From an uncultured Planctomycetota bacterium (GTDB lineage: Bacteria; Planctomycetota; Planctomycetia; Isosphaerales; Isosphaeraceae), in contig CAWGMQ010000004.1 of assembly GCA_963823665.1 (NCBI GenBank), forward strand, positions 960,001 to 1,024,000: a stretch of DNA of 64,000 nucleotides, given 5' to 3'. The notes beneath the pieces were generated by a model, which worked only from the letters and a program-made list of their open reading frames with translations, searched no databases and was not told where the DNA came from. The first letter of the stretch is position 1. Each line of letters begins with the position of its first letter. Below are positions 35,348 through 46,217 of this stretch, one piece after another. The translations under genes were made by a program, and so were the position numbers.

Positions 35348-36535
35348 TTACTTTGCTGGCTTGACGCAACGGAAACCCAGGTGATTGCTCGCGGTCGAGA
35401 CTTCGCCCTTGCCCCGTGTGCCGATCATGTAGCGCGTGCAGTACTGTTCCGTGCAAAGGAACGAGCCGCCTCGATGAACGCGCTTGCGCTCGCGCGGTTC
35501 GAAGGGGTCGAAACTGCTCTCCGGGCCCTTCGGATTGCGAACGACGGTTCCTTTGTCGGCGGCGGCCACACATTCGGCATAACCGTCGGGGCGGTACCAG
35601 TCGGAGCACCATTCCCAGACGTTACCGGCCATATCGAGGAGGCCATAGCCATTGGGAGGAAACTTACCAACCGGGGCCACGCCCACGTACCCGTCTTCGC
35701 CCGTGTCTTTCACGGGGAAGTTGCCCTGATAGGTGTTCGCCATCCAGCGTCCGCTCGGCTGAAACTCATCACCCCAGGAGTAGGGCTTTCCGGCGACACC
35801 TCCTCGCGCGGCAAACTCCCATTCGGACTCGGTCGGGAGCCGCTTGACGGCCCACTTCGCGTAGGCCACGGCGTCCGCGTAGGCGATGTGCGTGACCGGA
35901 TAATCTTCGCGCCCCTCGATGCTGCTCTTGGGTCCCTCGGGATGCCGCCAGCTCGCGCCGTGCGCGTAGCGCCACCACCGGTAGTGATTGTCTAGCGGGA
36001 CTTCTTTTGGCGTAGGAGTAAATACCACGGAGCCCGCGACGAGATCCTCGGGCAGCGCACCGGGAAACTCGGCCGCGGTAGGCGTGCGCTCGGCCACCGT
36101 GATATAGCCCGTCGCCTTCACGAACACCGCATACTGCCGGTTGGTCACTTCGGTGCGATCCATCCAAAAACCGTCGACTGAAACACGGTGGATCGGGCGG
36201 GCGTCAGGCATGTCTTTATCGCCGCCATGGGGCAATCCCCGAGGGTCATCACAACCCATCGAGAACTCGCCGCCGGGAATCCAGACCATGCCCTCGGGGG
36301 CCACGCCCGGGGGCGCCGGGGCGGCCGGCTTGGTCTGCGTAAACGATTCCGGCGCTGATTGAGAGACCACCGGCGCGGGTGAATTGATCGAATGAGCCGC
36401 GGACGACTTCCACGCACGGACCGAGGCGTATGCAATACCGGCGCTGACCAAAAGGAGGCCCGCGCGGAGAAGCCACGTCTGGAACCAGTGTTCCTTCTGC
36501 TTTGGTTTCGAATACGACACGTTTTTCTTACCCAT
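35348..36535 (-). CDS. Formylglycine-generating enzyme (SUMF1/FGE) family protein, membrane-anchored
   Basis: MVWIPGGEFSMG, TEVTN, RLPTESEWEFAARGG, DMAGNVWEW, RGGSFLCTEQYC, HLGFRC. Confidence 0.93.
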   Translation of the reverse strand: MGKKNVSYSKPKQKEHWFQTWLLRAGLLLVSAGIAYASVRAWKSSAAHSINSPAPVVSQSAPESFTQTKPAAPAPPGVAPEGMVWIPGGEFSMGCDDPRGLPHGGDKDMPDARPIHRVSVDGFWMDRTEVTNRQYAVFVKATGYITVAERTPTAAEFPGALPEDLVAGSVVFTPTPKEVPLDNHYRWWRYAHGASWRHPEGPKSSIEGREDYPVTHIAYADAVAYAKWAVKRLPTESEWEFAARGGVAGKPYSWGDEFQPSGRWMANTYQGNFPVKDTGEDGYVGVAPVGKFPPNGYGLLDMAGNVWEWCSDWYRPDGYAECVAAADKGTVVRNPKGPESSFDPFEPRERKRVHRGGSFLCTEQYCTRYMIGTRGKGEVSTASNHLGFRCVKPAK

Positions 36536-36653
36536 CGTTTCTCATCTCAGCATCTCGTTCGGGTGCCGGAAGGCGAAATGCGCTGGATGCGACTGCCCTA
36601 TGGTAACCGGTCGACCGACGCAGATCGATCCAGTGCCAGCAGCACGAGACGCA

Positions 36654-37403
36654 TTACCAGTCCGGAGTTAATGCCTCACCCCCGGCGATCGTCACGAGGG
36701 ATTTCAGCCGCTTCGCAGACGTCGAATCTGGCAAGAAACGGCAAGTAGCGTCGCCGAGTGCGACATTGGCTCCGCCTGAGTGATTGCTCGAAACGCTCGG
36801 ATACTTCCGATGGTTGACGTGCGAGCCCATCTTGTTCACATCGAGATCCTCAGGCTTGGTCCAGGGAATCTGCAAATTCGCCACTTCAACGACCATGAGT
36901 GTTTCCGCCGGGCGGTCGGTGACCTGGTCGAGCCGGATCGATTCCGCGCCGGGAAACATCGTGCCGGGGCCACTGATCGCGAGATAGCTGGTGAATGCCG
37001 AAACACCCGGCCCCGGCGCGTGATTGCTCGGGCACCCGAACATGAAAGGCATGTTGCCCAGGAGCTTGATGTTGTTGGGGCCGTCCCACGGCTCGCGAAA
37101 ATCGTACTGGTCGTAGAGACTTTGTTGCTCCAGAAAAGGCAGAATGAGCACGCGCCAGCTATGCCGCGGGCGGCCTTGCTCGTCGGCGATATACGCCGGT
37201 GGTAAGGAACCGTAAGCCGCTTGATAGTTGTGCAAGGCGAGCGCAATTTGCTTGAGGTTGTTCACGCACGCGGCGCGGCGGGCCGCTGGCCAATTGCACC
37301 ACGTTGGCCTGGGGAAAAGCAGAGCGACCAGCAGAGCGACCAAGCCTCCCGCGAAGAGGATGGCTCTGATTTTGCGTGCGATAGCGATCGAACTGCTGGT
37401 CAT
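36654..37403 (-). CDS. DUF1559 domain protein
   Basis: CVNNLKQIALALHNY, SWRVLILPFLEQ, HSGGANVALGD. Confidence 0.93.
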   Translation of the reverse strand: MTSSSIAIARKIRAILFAGGLVALLVALLFPRPTWCNWPAARRAACVNNLKQIALALHNYQAAYGSLPPAYIADEQGRPRHSWRVLILPFLEQQSLYDQYDFREPWDGPNNIKLLGNMPFMFGCPSNHAPGPGVSAFTSYLAISGPGTMFPGAESIRLDQVTDRPAETLMVVEVANLQIPWTKPEDLDVNKMGSHVNHRKYPSVSSNHSGGANVALGDATCRFLPDSTSAKRLKSLVTIAGGEALTPDW

Positions 37404-37447
37404 GAGCTTGTCGCCATTAGCTGTTCGTTGTCATACGGGACGCTCGC

Positions 37448-38027
37448 TCATTCCGTGGCAATCGGCTCGCCTCCGGCGATTGTGAGCAGCGACCTGAGGA
37501 AATCGGTGCTGATCGATGCCTTCAGAAATCGGCATGAACCGTCAGCGAACAGGACCTGGGCACCCCCCGGGTGATCGCTCGAGATGCTCGGATTCTGCTT
37601 GTCATTGAGTTTCAAGCTCATCGTGCGAACATCCAGATCCTCGGGCTTGGTCCAGGGGATCTCCACGTCCGCTATATCGGCGGCCATCAATGTATTCGCC
37701 GAGCCATCGGTCACCTGTTCAAACCCGATCGATTCCGATCCCGGGAACATCGTGCCGGAGCCGGTGACCGTAGCCGAATTGATAATTGTGGAGAGCCAGC
37801 CCGATCTGCTTCGGGTTGTTCATACACTTGGATCGTCGGGGGACAGGCGCCTGCACGGCTCGATCGACGAGAATGAAGAGGCCTACGAGACAGCCTGCGA
37901 CAAAAATCACCCTCATCATCGTCCCGACCGTCATCTGGTATCGCCGCCGTGCGACCGGCGGGAAGTCGATATCGGACGATGTGCCTTCGATGATCTTCAC
38001 GAGCCAGTTCCACAGAGCGGGATTCAT
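37448..38027 (-). pseudogene. DUF1559 paralog with an internal deletion and frameshift near 37770
   Basis: CMNNPKQIGLALHNYQFGYG jumps directly to TVTGSGTMFPG...HPGGAQVLFADG; the SWRV...CPS core is missing compared with the neighbour. Confidence 0.8.
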
Positions 38028-38217
38028 TCACCAGGTGCCGTAAATGATAAGCAGTCGCTCGCAGATCAGCAAGCGCGCGACGATGGCTCACAAAACAGCT
38101 CGGATGCGCGGATTACCCCCGTCCGGCTTGCCCGGGTGAGCAATGCCACCTAAGATTGGTTCTGATTCTCACCGCCTGCCACAGCCGGGCCGGCCGCCAG
38201 GAGCCAGATACGCCACC

Positions 38218-39888
38218 ATGACGCGCCCTACACCACTGCTTGCGGGTTTGTTGATCGGCCTCGTCTCGAGCGCTCCGGCCTCGTCCGCGGCCGGACCGGA
38301 AACCGAATTCGCGTTCTTTCACGAAAACGTCCTGGGCACGTCGCTCGAGCTGCGGGTAAACGCACAGAGCCGCGCGGCTGCCCAGGCCGCCGAAGAGCGC
38401 GTGCTCGGTGAGATCGATCGACTGGCCGCCATCTTCAACGGCTACGACCCCTCCAGCGAGCTGTCGCGCTGGCAAGAGCGCCGCGCCTCCTCGCCGAAGG
38501 TCTCTCCCGAGCTGCTCGAAGTTCTGCAGCACTCGGATCTATGGATCTGCAAAACAGCCGGCGCATTCGACCCGCGAGCCGAGGCTCTCACGCGGCTGTG
38601 GTCTTCGAGCTCCCGTCTGGACCGGCTCCCGACCAAGGCTGAACTGGCGGGCGCCCGGGCTTTGATGGCGCCGCCGGCCTGGAAGCTCGACGCGGCCGCG
38701 CGCACCGCGGAGCGTCTCTCGGATTGCCCGATCAGCTTGAATGGGATCGCCAAAGGCTACATCGTCGGCCGCGCCTGCGAGGCGGCTCAGAGAAGCAAAG
38801 AAGTGCACGGAATTCTGTTGAACGTCGGCGGTGACATGCGAGTTTGCGGCGACTTCACCGGAACAATCGGGGTCGCTTCTCCCTGGGGCGACTCGGAATC
38901 GAGCGATCCGCTGGTCTTCATCAAGGTCAAAGATCGCTCGGTCGCCACCAGCGGAAGCTCCCAGCGCGGCTTTCGGATCGGCGGCAAGTGGTACTCGCAC
39001 GTCTTCGACCCGCGAACCGGTACCCCAGTCGAGCGCGTCGCGAGCGCGACCGTGGTTGCCCCGGGTGCAGTCGACGCCGATGCGCTCGCAAAGGCCTGCT
39101 GCGTGCTCGAGCCCGACCAGAGCATGCGCTTGGTCCAGAGTCTGCCGGACACGGAATGCCTGATCGTCATGGCAAGTGGTGAGCTCAAGAAGAGCAATGG
39201 CTGGCCGCTCCTCGAAAGCCCACCCCTTGTGGCACTGGGAGCAGCCGAGGATCCCCAGGCGCAGGGCAAGCCGGCAGCAGAGTCGACCAAACAAAAAATC
39301 GCGAAGAAGGCCGAGAAGAAACCACGTCCCGCCATCGCGTGGAACAAGGAGCTCGAGGTGCTCATCAACTTCGAGATCAACAACCCGGTAAGCGGCGGCG
39401 GGGACGACGAAGAGGAAAAGGGAACACGAGGGCGAGGGCGCGGAGGCCGGGGAGGGCGATACCGGAGGCCTTACGTGGCCGTCTGGGTCGAGGATGCCGA
39501 CGGTCATCCCGTGCGGACGCTCTCGCTCTGGGTCTCGTCGGGTGGTGCAGGGCCGTTTCAGTGGCTGCCCGACCTGAAGCGCTGGTACCAGGCCGATCAG
39601 GACCGGAAGCGCACCGAAAAGAAAGAGATCCTGTTCACCGTCTCTCGGCCGACACGGCCGCCCGGCAAGTACAAGGTCATCTGGGACGGCAAGGACAACA
39701 ACGGGAAGCAGCTCGCCGGCGGCGAGTACACGATCACGATCGAAGCGGCGCGCGAGCATGGGACGTATCAGAGCATCCGCAAGGAAGTGGTCATCGAGGG
39801 CAAACCATTCACCGAGGAACTCAAGGGGAATGTCGAGATCAAGTCCGCCTCGATCGAGTATCGCCGCAAGCCTGCGGCCAAAGAGTGA
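38218..39888 (+). CDS. apbE: FAD:protein FMN transferase (ApbE) fused to a C-terminal DUF2271 domain
   Basis: Signal peptide, GAFDP, NGIAKGYIV, NVGGD, VATSG, SHVFDPRTG, ADALA; then RRPYVAVWVE...WLPDLKRWY...WDGKD...EAAREHG. Confidence 0.88.
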   Translation: MTRPTPLLAGLLIGLVSSAPASSAAGPETEFAFFHENVLGTSLELRVNAQSRAAAQAAEERVLGEIDRLAAIFNGYDPSSELSRWQERRASSPKVSPELLEVLQHSDLWICKTAGAFDPRAEALTRLWSSSSRLDRLPTKAELAGARALMAPPAWKLDAAARTAERLSDCPISLNGIAKGYIVGRACEAAQRSKEVHGILLNVGGDMRVCGDFTGTIGVASPWGDSESSDPLVFIKVKDRSVATSGSSQRGFRIGGKWYSHVFDPRTGTPVERVASATVVAPGAVDADALAKACCVLEPDQSMRLVQSLPDTECLIVMASGELKKSNGWPLLESPPLVALGAAEDPQAQGKPAAESTKQKIAKKAEKKPRPAIAWNKELEVLINFEINNPVSGGGDDEEEKGTRGRGRGGRGGRYRRPYVAVWVEDADGHPVRTLSLWVSSGGAGPFQWLPDLKRWYQADQDRKRTEKKEILFTVSRPTRPPGKYKVIWDGKDNNGKQLAGGEYTITIEAAREHGTYQSIRKEVVIEGKPFTEELKGNVEIKSASIEYRRKPAAKE

Positions 39889-39895
39889 CCAGCCC

Positions 39896-40555
39896 TTGAC
39901 CTCCAAGCCGCCCGCGCGCCCGTTCAAGCGCCGGTTCAACATCCGGTTTGCCAAGCTCATGCGCTGGCTGCACATCTATCTGTCGATGTTCAGCCTGGCC
40001 GTCGTTCTTTTCTTCAGTGTGACCGGAATCACGCTCAATCACCCCGACTGGTTCTGGAGCGGAGCCGAAAGCACGCACGAGGCCGAAGGGGAAATCAAAC
40101 GGGCGTGGCTGCACATCGCGGGCGGACAAGCAACCGACGCGCCCGGCGACACCGACCGCCAGGTTTCCAAGCTAGAAATCGTCGAGTATCTGCGGAACAC
40201 CCACGCGATTCACGGCGCGCTGGCCGACTTTCGGGTCGACGAGGGCGAATGCGTCGTCGCCTTCAAGGGCCCCGGCTACGGCGCCGACGCCTTCATCGAC
40301 CGCGAGACCGGCCAGTACCGGCTGACCGAGACCTATCACGGATTCATCGCCGTGATCAACGACCTGCACAAGGGCCGCGATTCGGGGCCGGTGTGGTCGG
40401 TCCTGATCGACGTCTCGGCCGTGCTCATGACGCTCATCTCGCTCACCGGGCTGGTCCTTCTGTTCTATCTCAAGTTGAGACGGATTCCCGGGGTGATCGT
40501 CGCCGTGATCGGCACGGTCATCGCGTTCGTGCTTTATCGGATTGGCGTGCCGTGA
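39896..40555 (+). CDS. PepSY-associated TM helix protein
   Basis: RWLHIYLS, FFSVTGITLNHP, NDLHKGR; three TM segments. Confidence 0.88.
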   Translation: MTSKPPARPFKRRFNIRFAKLMRWLHIYLSMFSLAVVLFFSVTGITLNHPDWFWSGAESTHEAEGEIKRAWLHIAGGQATDAPGDTDRQVSKLEIVEYLRNTHAIHGALADFRVDEGECVVAFKGPGYGADAFIDRETGQYRLTETYHGFIAVINDLHKGRDSGPVWSVLIDVSAVLMTLISLTGLVLLFYLKLRRIPGVIVAVIGTVIAFVLYRIGVP

Positions 40556-42587
40556 GAGAGCGCAGTGGCACCGGAGCGCGTGGTCTCCGTCGGTCGCGCT
40601 TCTGGCTCACCGCCTGGGTCACCGCGGCGCTGGTGCTCGCGGCCGGCACGCTCTTGCCCTGGTTCGCCATGGCGATCGAGCGCGATGACGTCGAGGCGAG
40701 CGAGTCGCCGCTTTTGCTTGCGGTCGCCAGGCAGCTCACCCACGGGCCGCGGGAGCTTTACGGGCCGTATGGCGCCGGCAATCCACTCGTTCTCATCCAT
40801 CCGCCGCTATATTACCGCCTGGCGGCGCTCTGTGCCTGGCCGATTGCGCGCGCGGGCATTGACGTTGAAACCGCCGCGCGGATCGCGGGCCGCACCCTTT
40901 CGCTTCTGGGGTGGATGGCGACGCTCGCCGGGGCGTTCGTTCTGGCTCGCGTTCCGAGCGCGCCCCGGAACGCAGGCTGGTGGGCCATCCTCTTGGCCGC
41001 GGCGACACCGGTCTACGGCGGGCTGCCGTTGGAGGTCCGTCCCGATCTGATTGGAGTCGCCCTTCAGACCTGGGGCGTCGTCCTCATTTTCGCCGCGCCG
41101 CTGAGGAACGGCCGGCCTGACAAACTGAAGATTCTGCTTGCATTCGCATTCTTCGCACTGGCGGGCTGTATCAAACAGCATCTGGTGGTGACACCCGGAG
41201 TCGCGTTCTTCCTTCTGATTGGAGCCCGAACGGCAGGGCGACCAGGCTGGAAGACGATTGCCGGTGCGCTGCTCGCTCGAGGCACTCATTCTGTTGTCGT
41301 ACTACGGATTCGAGGAGTGGTTAACGGCAGGACGGATGTCTCGTTCGATGCTGGCTGCGAAGGAAGCCGCTGTCATCCATCCGTCGACGTGGCAAAACGC
41401 CGGGGCTTTCATGCTGGTCTTGTGCTGGAAATGCGTCGGGCTGATTCTCGTGCTGGCGGCTGCGGCGGTCGCCGCAGTCTCGCGCAGAGACGGCCTCTGG
41501 CGACGCGTGCTGACGACGACCGGCGCTGCACTCATCGGTCTCGTGGCGGCGTTGACCATTGGCCAAGTCTTCGCGGTTACCCCCTGGATCAGCCAGTTGA
41601 TCGTACTCGGATTGGTTGTCACGACGGTATGCTTCACGCCGATCGGCGCCGCCGCTCTCCGTCGTGCCTGGCGGGCAGGCGAAATCGATCCTGCGCTTGC
41701 CCTCTTCCTGGTGGCTGAGTTCGCGCTTACAGCTTATCTCGTCGAGCGAAGCACCGGCGCATGGTACAACTATGCCGTCCAGGCAGTCGTATTCGCCTCG
41801 GTCCTTGCCGCGCGGGCACTGGCGCGGGATCGAGGAGACTCTGCCTGCGCGGCCGGCTCCGGCTCGTGCCGCCGTGTGGAACGCGATGGCGCGGGCTCTC
41901 GAAGAAGCGCTGCCAGAAGCCCGCGGGACCAAGGAGCACGGCACAGCGCTCGAAGCCCTGGCGCGGGCCCTTGACCAACCGCTGCCTTTTCGGGCCGTTT
42001 TCGCGGTCGCGGTCGCGGTTCTGGCCGTGCCGGCTTTCGCGCTGACCGACATGAAAGAGACCATCGCCCGCCGGCGAGCGGAGAGTGTCTTGATCCGCAG
42101 ACTGGCCGAGCGAACGGAGGTGAGATCCGACGCCGTCTTCTTCGCCGACCGGCCCGGGCTCAACCGGGTGCACGGGCGAGTGGACCTTGTTTATGATCCG
42201 TGGCTGTACCCCGTGTTCGAGTCGTTGGGCCTCGCCGAGCCGCGATCGGAATGGCTCGCCAAGGCGCTCGAGACCGGCCCGGTGCGGCTGATCGTGACGG
42301 CCGCGCCGCAAACGCGAATCGACGGCATTCCACGCGGACTTTCTGAGCTGGGATACACGCTGCGACTGCCGCTGGGCCCCTGGCTGGTCTGGACGCGGAG
42401 CCCTCCGCCGCCCCGGCGCGCCATTCGGGCCGATCGGCCCGGAACTCGGCCACCGCGATCCATCCGTTTTGTTGCCAACCCTATCGATCAAACTGCCAAC
42501 CTGTTACACTCGTGGGAGCCGACGAACGAATTCGCTGATCGTCGCGTCCGACCGGAATTCGAGCAGCAGAAAGCGAGCGAGTTGTGA
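40552..42587 (+). CDS. Multi-pass membrane protein, probable GT-C (ArnT/PMT-like) glycosyltransferase; frameshifts near 41272 and 41828
   Basis: HPPLYY, RPD, KQH, GAWYNY motifs and many TM helices across three ORF pieces. Confidence 0.65.
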
Positions 42588-45278
42588 AGCTGATCCCTCA
42601 TCGGATTCGCACTGCCCTGATCGTGTTCCTGGCTGGCTGGCTCTTGCTCGAGGCCGCGAGTCCGGCAAGGGCCCAGCTCCCAACGTCCGAAGAAGAGAGA
42701 CTGCAGATCCTGACCGATCCCGATGCGCTCAGGAAGAAGCTCGAGGAAAAAAAGAACCGGCCGCCGTTCGAGTTCTTCCGCTCGCAGGTCGCCCCGTTCG
42801 ACATACTTCCCTATGTGAAGGTCAATCACTGGTCCACGCTCACGTTCGAGCTGAGGGCCAACGACGATAATTACGAGGGCGTGCTCCAGACCGAGGCGGT
42901 GAAGCTAGCCAATATGCCGCACGAGGTTTACTTCCGTCGCGACGGACGGCTGATGAAGGAGCAGCGTGCGAAGCTTGCCTTGCAGTTCATGGTTCCCGAC
43001 GTGGAATCGGGCCAGGTTCGGAAGCAGTTCATGGTTGACTTGCTCCGCCCCGGGGCTCTGCGTGCCGATGCGAGCTGGCAGGCGAATCTGTCGACTCTGC
43101 CGCCGCATCAAATGCTGGTGCTCATTCTGTCGAAGGAATCGACCACGAAGTTCGCGGCATGGAGCCGGATGGCGGCGACACTGCCCGGGTCGGCCGAGCG
43201 CGATGGGGGCGACCTTGAGAAAGTGCGCTATTACCGGCTCGTTCTGCCGATCGGGCCCGACGCCCCGCCGCTGTCGTCTCACCCCCTGGCGTGGACCACG
43301 ACGAGCCACGTCATCTGGGACAACTATTCGCCCGACGAGCTCAAGCCTGCTCAGCAGCAAGCGATGCTCGACTGGCTGCACTGGGGTGGGCAAATCACTC
43401 TCTGCGGAGGGGCCGGACAATCGTTTTCGGTGTTGCGCGATAGCTTTCTCGGCCCGTATCTGCCGGGTGAAGCCACCGGTGCCACCGTGCCACTTGCCGA
43501 GGACGATCTTCGGCCGCTCTCTCAGTCTTATCCTCCCCCCCACTATGCTTCGGCCGTCGATAACCAGAGTGAGCCGGTGAACGTGGACCGGCGGGGGACC
43601 CTCCGGCGCGCGATGCGCATTTACCGTGCGCCGGTGCCGATCCGCCCGGGTGCGAAACGGCCGATTTACCTGGCGGTGCTGAAGGCGAAGGAGGGAGCTT
43701 CGACGATCCCACTCGGCGAGGCCAGCCCCCACGTGCTCGCCGTCGAATGGCGCGTCGGCCGGGGAAGGATCACCATGCTGGCGGCCAACCCCAACGAAGA
43801 GTCGATTCTGGCCTGGCCGGGCATCGATACGCTCATTCGCCGCGTCATCCTCCGTCGCCCGGAGGAAACGCTGGGCGAGTGGACCGGCCCTGAAGGGGCG
43901 ATTGCGAACTCGCCGGCGCGCAACCGGCTGCTCAGCCAGGAACTCTCGTGGTACCGGATCACCAGCCGCGACCTGGTAATCAAGGGAGTTGACCAGCTTC
44001 CGCCCAAGGAAAAAACCAAGACACAAGCAGAGCCGGTCGATACCTCCGGCGGCGCGACGGCGGTGACAGTCGGGGAAAACGATTTTCACGAGTTCCCGGC
44101 CGTGGCCGACTGGCGCGACACCGCCAGTCTGCCCCGATTGAGCCGCGACCTGCTCGAAGAGGCATCCGGCATCACCATTCCCAGCTCTAACTTCGTGCTG
44201 CGCGTGATTCTCGCTTACCTGCTCGCCGTGGTGCCGCTCAACTGGCTCATCTGCCGGTTCGTTCTCAACAAGCGCGAGTGGACCTGGGTTGTCGTTCCTC
44301 TGGTCGCTCTCGCGTTCGCCATCGGTGTGGAGCGAGTGGCCGCGCACGACATGGGCTACGACACCGCCGCCGATGAGATCGATCTGCTGGAGCTTCAAGG
44401 CGACTATCATCGCGCCCATCTGACGCGACTGGTCTCGCTTTATACGAACGGGAGATCGCACTTCACGATATCTTATCCCAGCGACCCGACCGCGCTTGCA
44501 CTGCCGCTTGACAACGGTCGTTCGATCCGCGGCGAGGACATCGCTAAATCGTGGTGGCAATCAACGCCGGTCCCGGCGCTGCATGAATTTCACCGTCCAG
44601 CCCCGCAGCCTCGCGATGTTCCGAGCCGAAGAGATGCTGAGCTTGAACGGCACCATCCGGCTGGCGGAAACGGATGGAAAGCGCCGGGTCGAGAACGCAA
44701 GCCAGCTCGAGCTCAGGGACGCCGTGCTGGTCGAATCGACAGGTCCAGGCAAGCGCCAGGAGCGCGCGCTGGGAACGATCAAGCCCGGCGAGTCCGTCGA
44801 GATCGAGCCCGGGGCGGCCGGCGAGGTTTCGGCGCGGGTCGACGCCGGCCCGGGGCCGGACGCGAATCTGTTCCTGGAGGCGCTGCGGTCGTCGTGGGAG
44901 GACCGCGAGGAAGACAAGGGAGAGCTTCGCCTGGTAGCCTGGGCGAAAGACACACTGCCGGGCCAGTCGATCGAGCCGGCCATCGATCGCAAGCGAGGCT
45001 TCACCGCGGTGCTCGTTCACCTGCGCAGCGGCCCTCCACCCAGCCCCGACGGCCGGCGCTACAACCTGATGGCTTCGGGAAACACCGCGGAAGACGGGTC
45101 TGCCGTCGAGCGAACCGGGGCCGAGGGTACGGCCTCCCGTACACCGGGCAAGATGGCTCGAAAGATGTCGCCACAACCGCAAATATTCAGTGGGGGCTGC
45201 CCCGGCCAAGGGAGCGCCCAGCAAGTGAATTCACGGACTCTCGAGCGAAGCAAGCCGTTGGAGATTCTTGATCGATGA
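42584..45278 (+). CDS. Large exported/membrane protein associated with the ABC system; frameshift near 44590
   Basis: Signal peptide, LDWLHWGG, VGRGRI, YLLAVVPLNW...REWTWVVVP TM pair; stop overlaps the ABC ATPase start. Confidence 0.75.
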
Positions 45279-46204
45279 TCGAGGTCAGTCATTTCACCAA
45301 ACGCTACGGCGATTTCGTTGCCGTCGACGATCTCAGCTTCTCCATCGGCAAGGGCGAGATCTTCGGCTTCATCGGTCCCAACGGCGCGGGCAAAAGCACC
45401 ACCATCCGTTTCCTGGCGACCTTGCTGCGACCGACGGCCGGCGAAGGGAAGGTCGCAGGCTTCTCGGTGACTTCCGACCCGATGGCGGTGCGCCGCGTCA
45501 TCGGTTTCATGCCGGACGATTTCGGGGTCTACGACGGCATGAAGGTCTGGGAGTTCCTCGATTTCTTCGCGGTGGCGTACGAGATTCCTCGATCAACTCG
45601 CAAGAAGATCATCGGTGAAGTTCTCGAGCTGCTCGAGCTCACGCACAAGAGGGACGACTACGTCAACGGCCTCTCCAAGGGCATGAAGCAGCGGTTGTGC
45701 CTGGCCAAGACCTTAGTCCACGACCCACCGGTCTTGATCCTCGACGAGCCGGCCTCGGGACTCGACCCCAGGGCCAGGCTCGAGATGAAGGCCCTCTTGA
45801 CTGAGCTCAAGCAGATGGGCAAGACGATCTTGATCTCGAGCCACATTCTCTCGGAGCTCGCCGACTTCTGTACTTCGATCGGTATCATCGAGCGGGGAAA
45901 AATGCTGGCCGCCGGCAGCATCCAGGAAATCCAGCAGCAAATCCGGGCGCACCGGGTTATCAAGGTGCGAGTGCTCGATCACAGCACGGAACGGGCAGCG
46001 GAGATGCTGCGCAACGACCGGTCGATTCGCACTGTTGAAACATATGATCACACGATCACGGCCGAATTCGAAGGCCAGGATCCCGACATGGCACGGCTGC
46101 TCGGGGGGCTTGTGCAGTCGGGCATCGTCGTGCAATCGTTTGCTGAAGAGCCCCTTTCGCTCGAGGAAGTCTTCATGATGATCACCAAGGGCATCGTCAA
46201 CTGA
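45275..46204 (+). CDS. ABC transporter ATP-binding protein (ABC-2 type)
   Basis: GPNGAGKST, LSKGMKQR, ILDEP, SSH. Confidence 0.95.
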   Translation: MIEVSHFTKRYGDFVAVDDLSFSIGKGEIFGFIGPNGAGKSTTIRFLATLLRPTAGEGKVAGFSVTSDPMAVRRVIGFMPDDFGVYDGMKVWEFLDFFAVAYEIPRSTRKKIIGEVLELLELTHKRDDYVNGLSKGMKQRLCLAKTLVHDPPVLILDEPASGLDPRARLEMKALLTELKQMGKTILISSHILSELADFCTSIGIIERGKMLAAGSIQEIQQQIRAHRVIKVRVLDHSTERAAEMLRNDRSIRTVETYDHTITAEFEGQDPDMARLLGGLVQSGIVVQSFAEEPLSLEEVFMMITKGIVN

Positions 46205-46217
46205 GAGACCTGCACGC

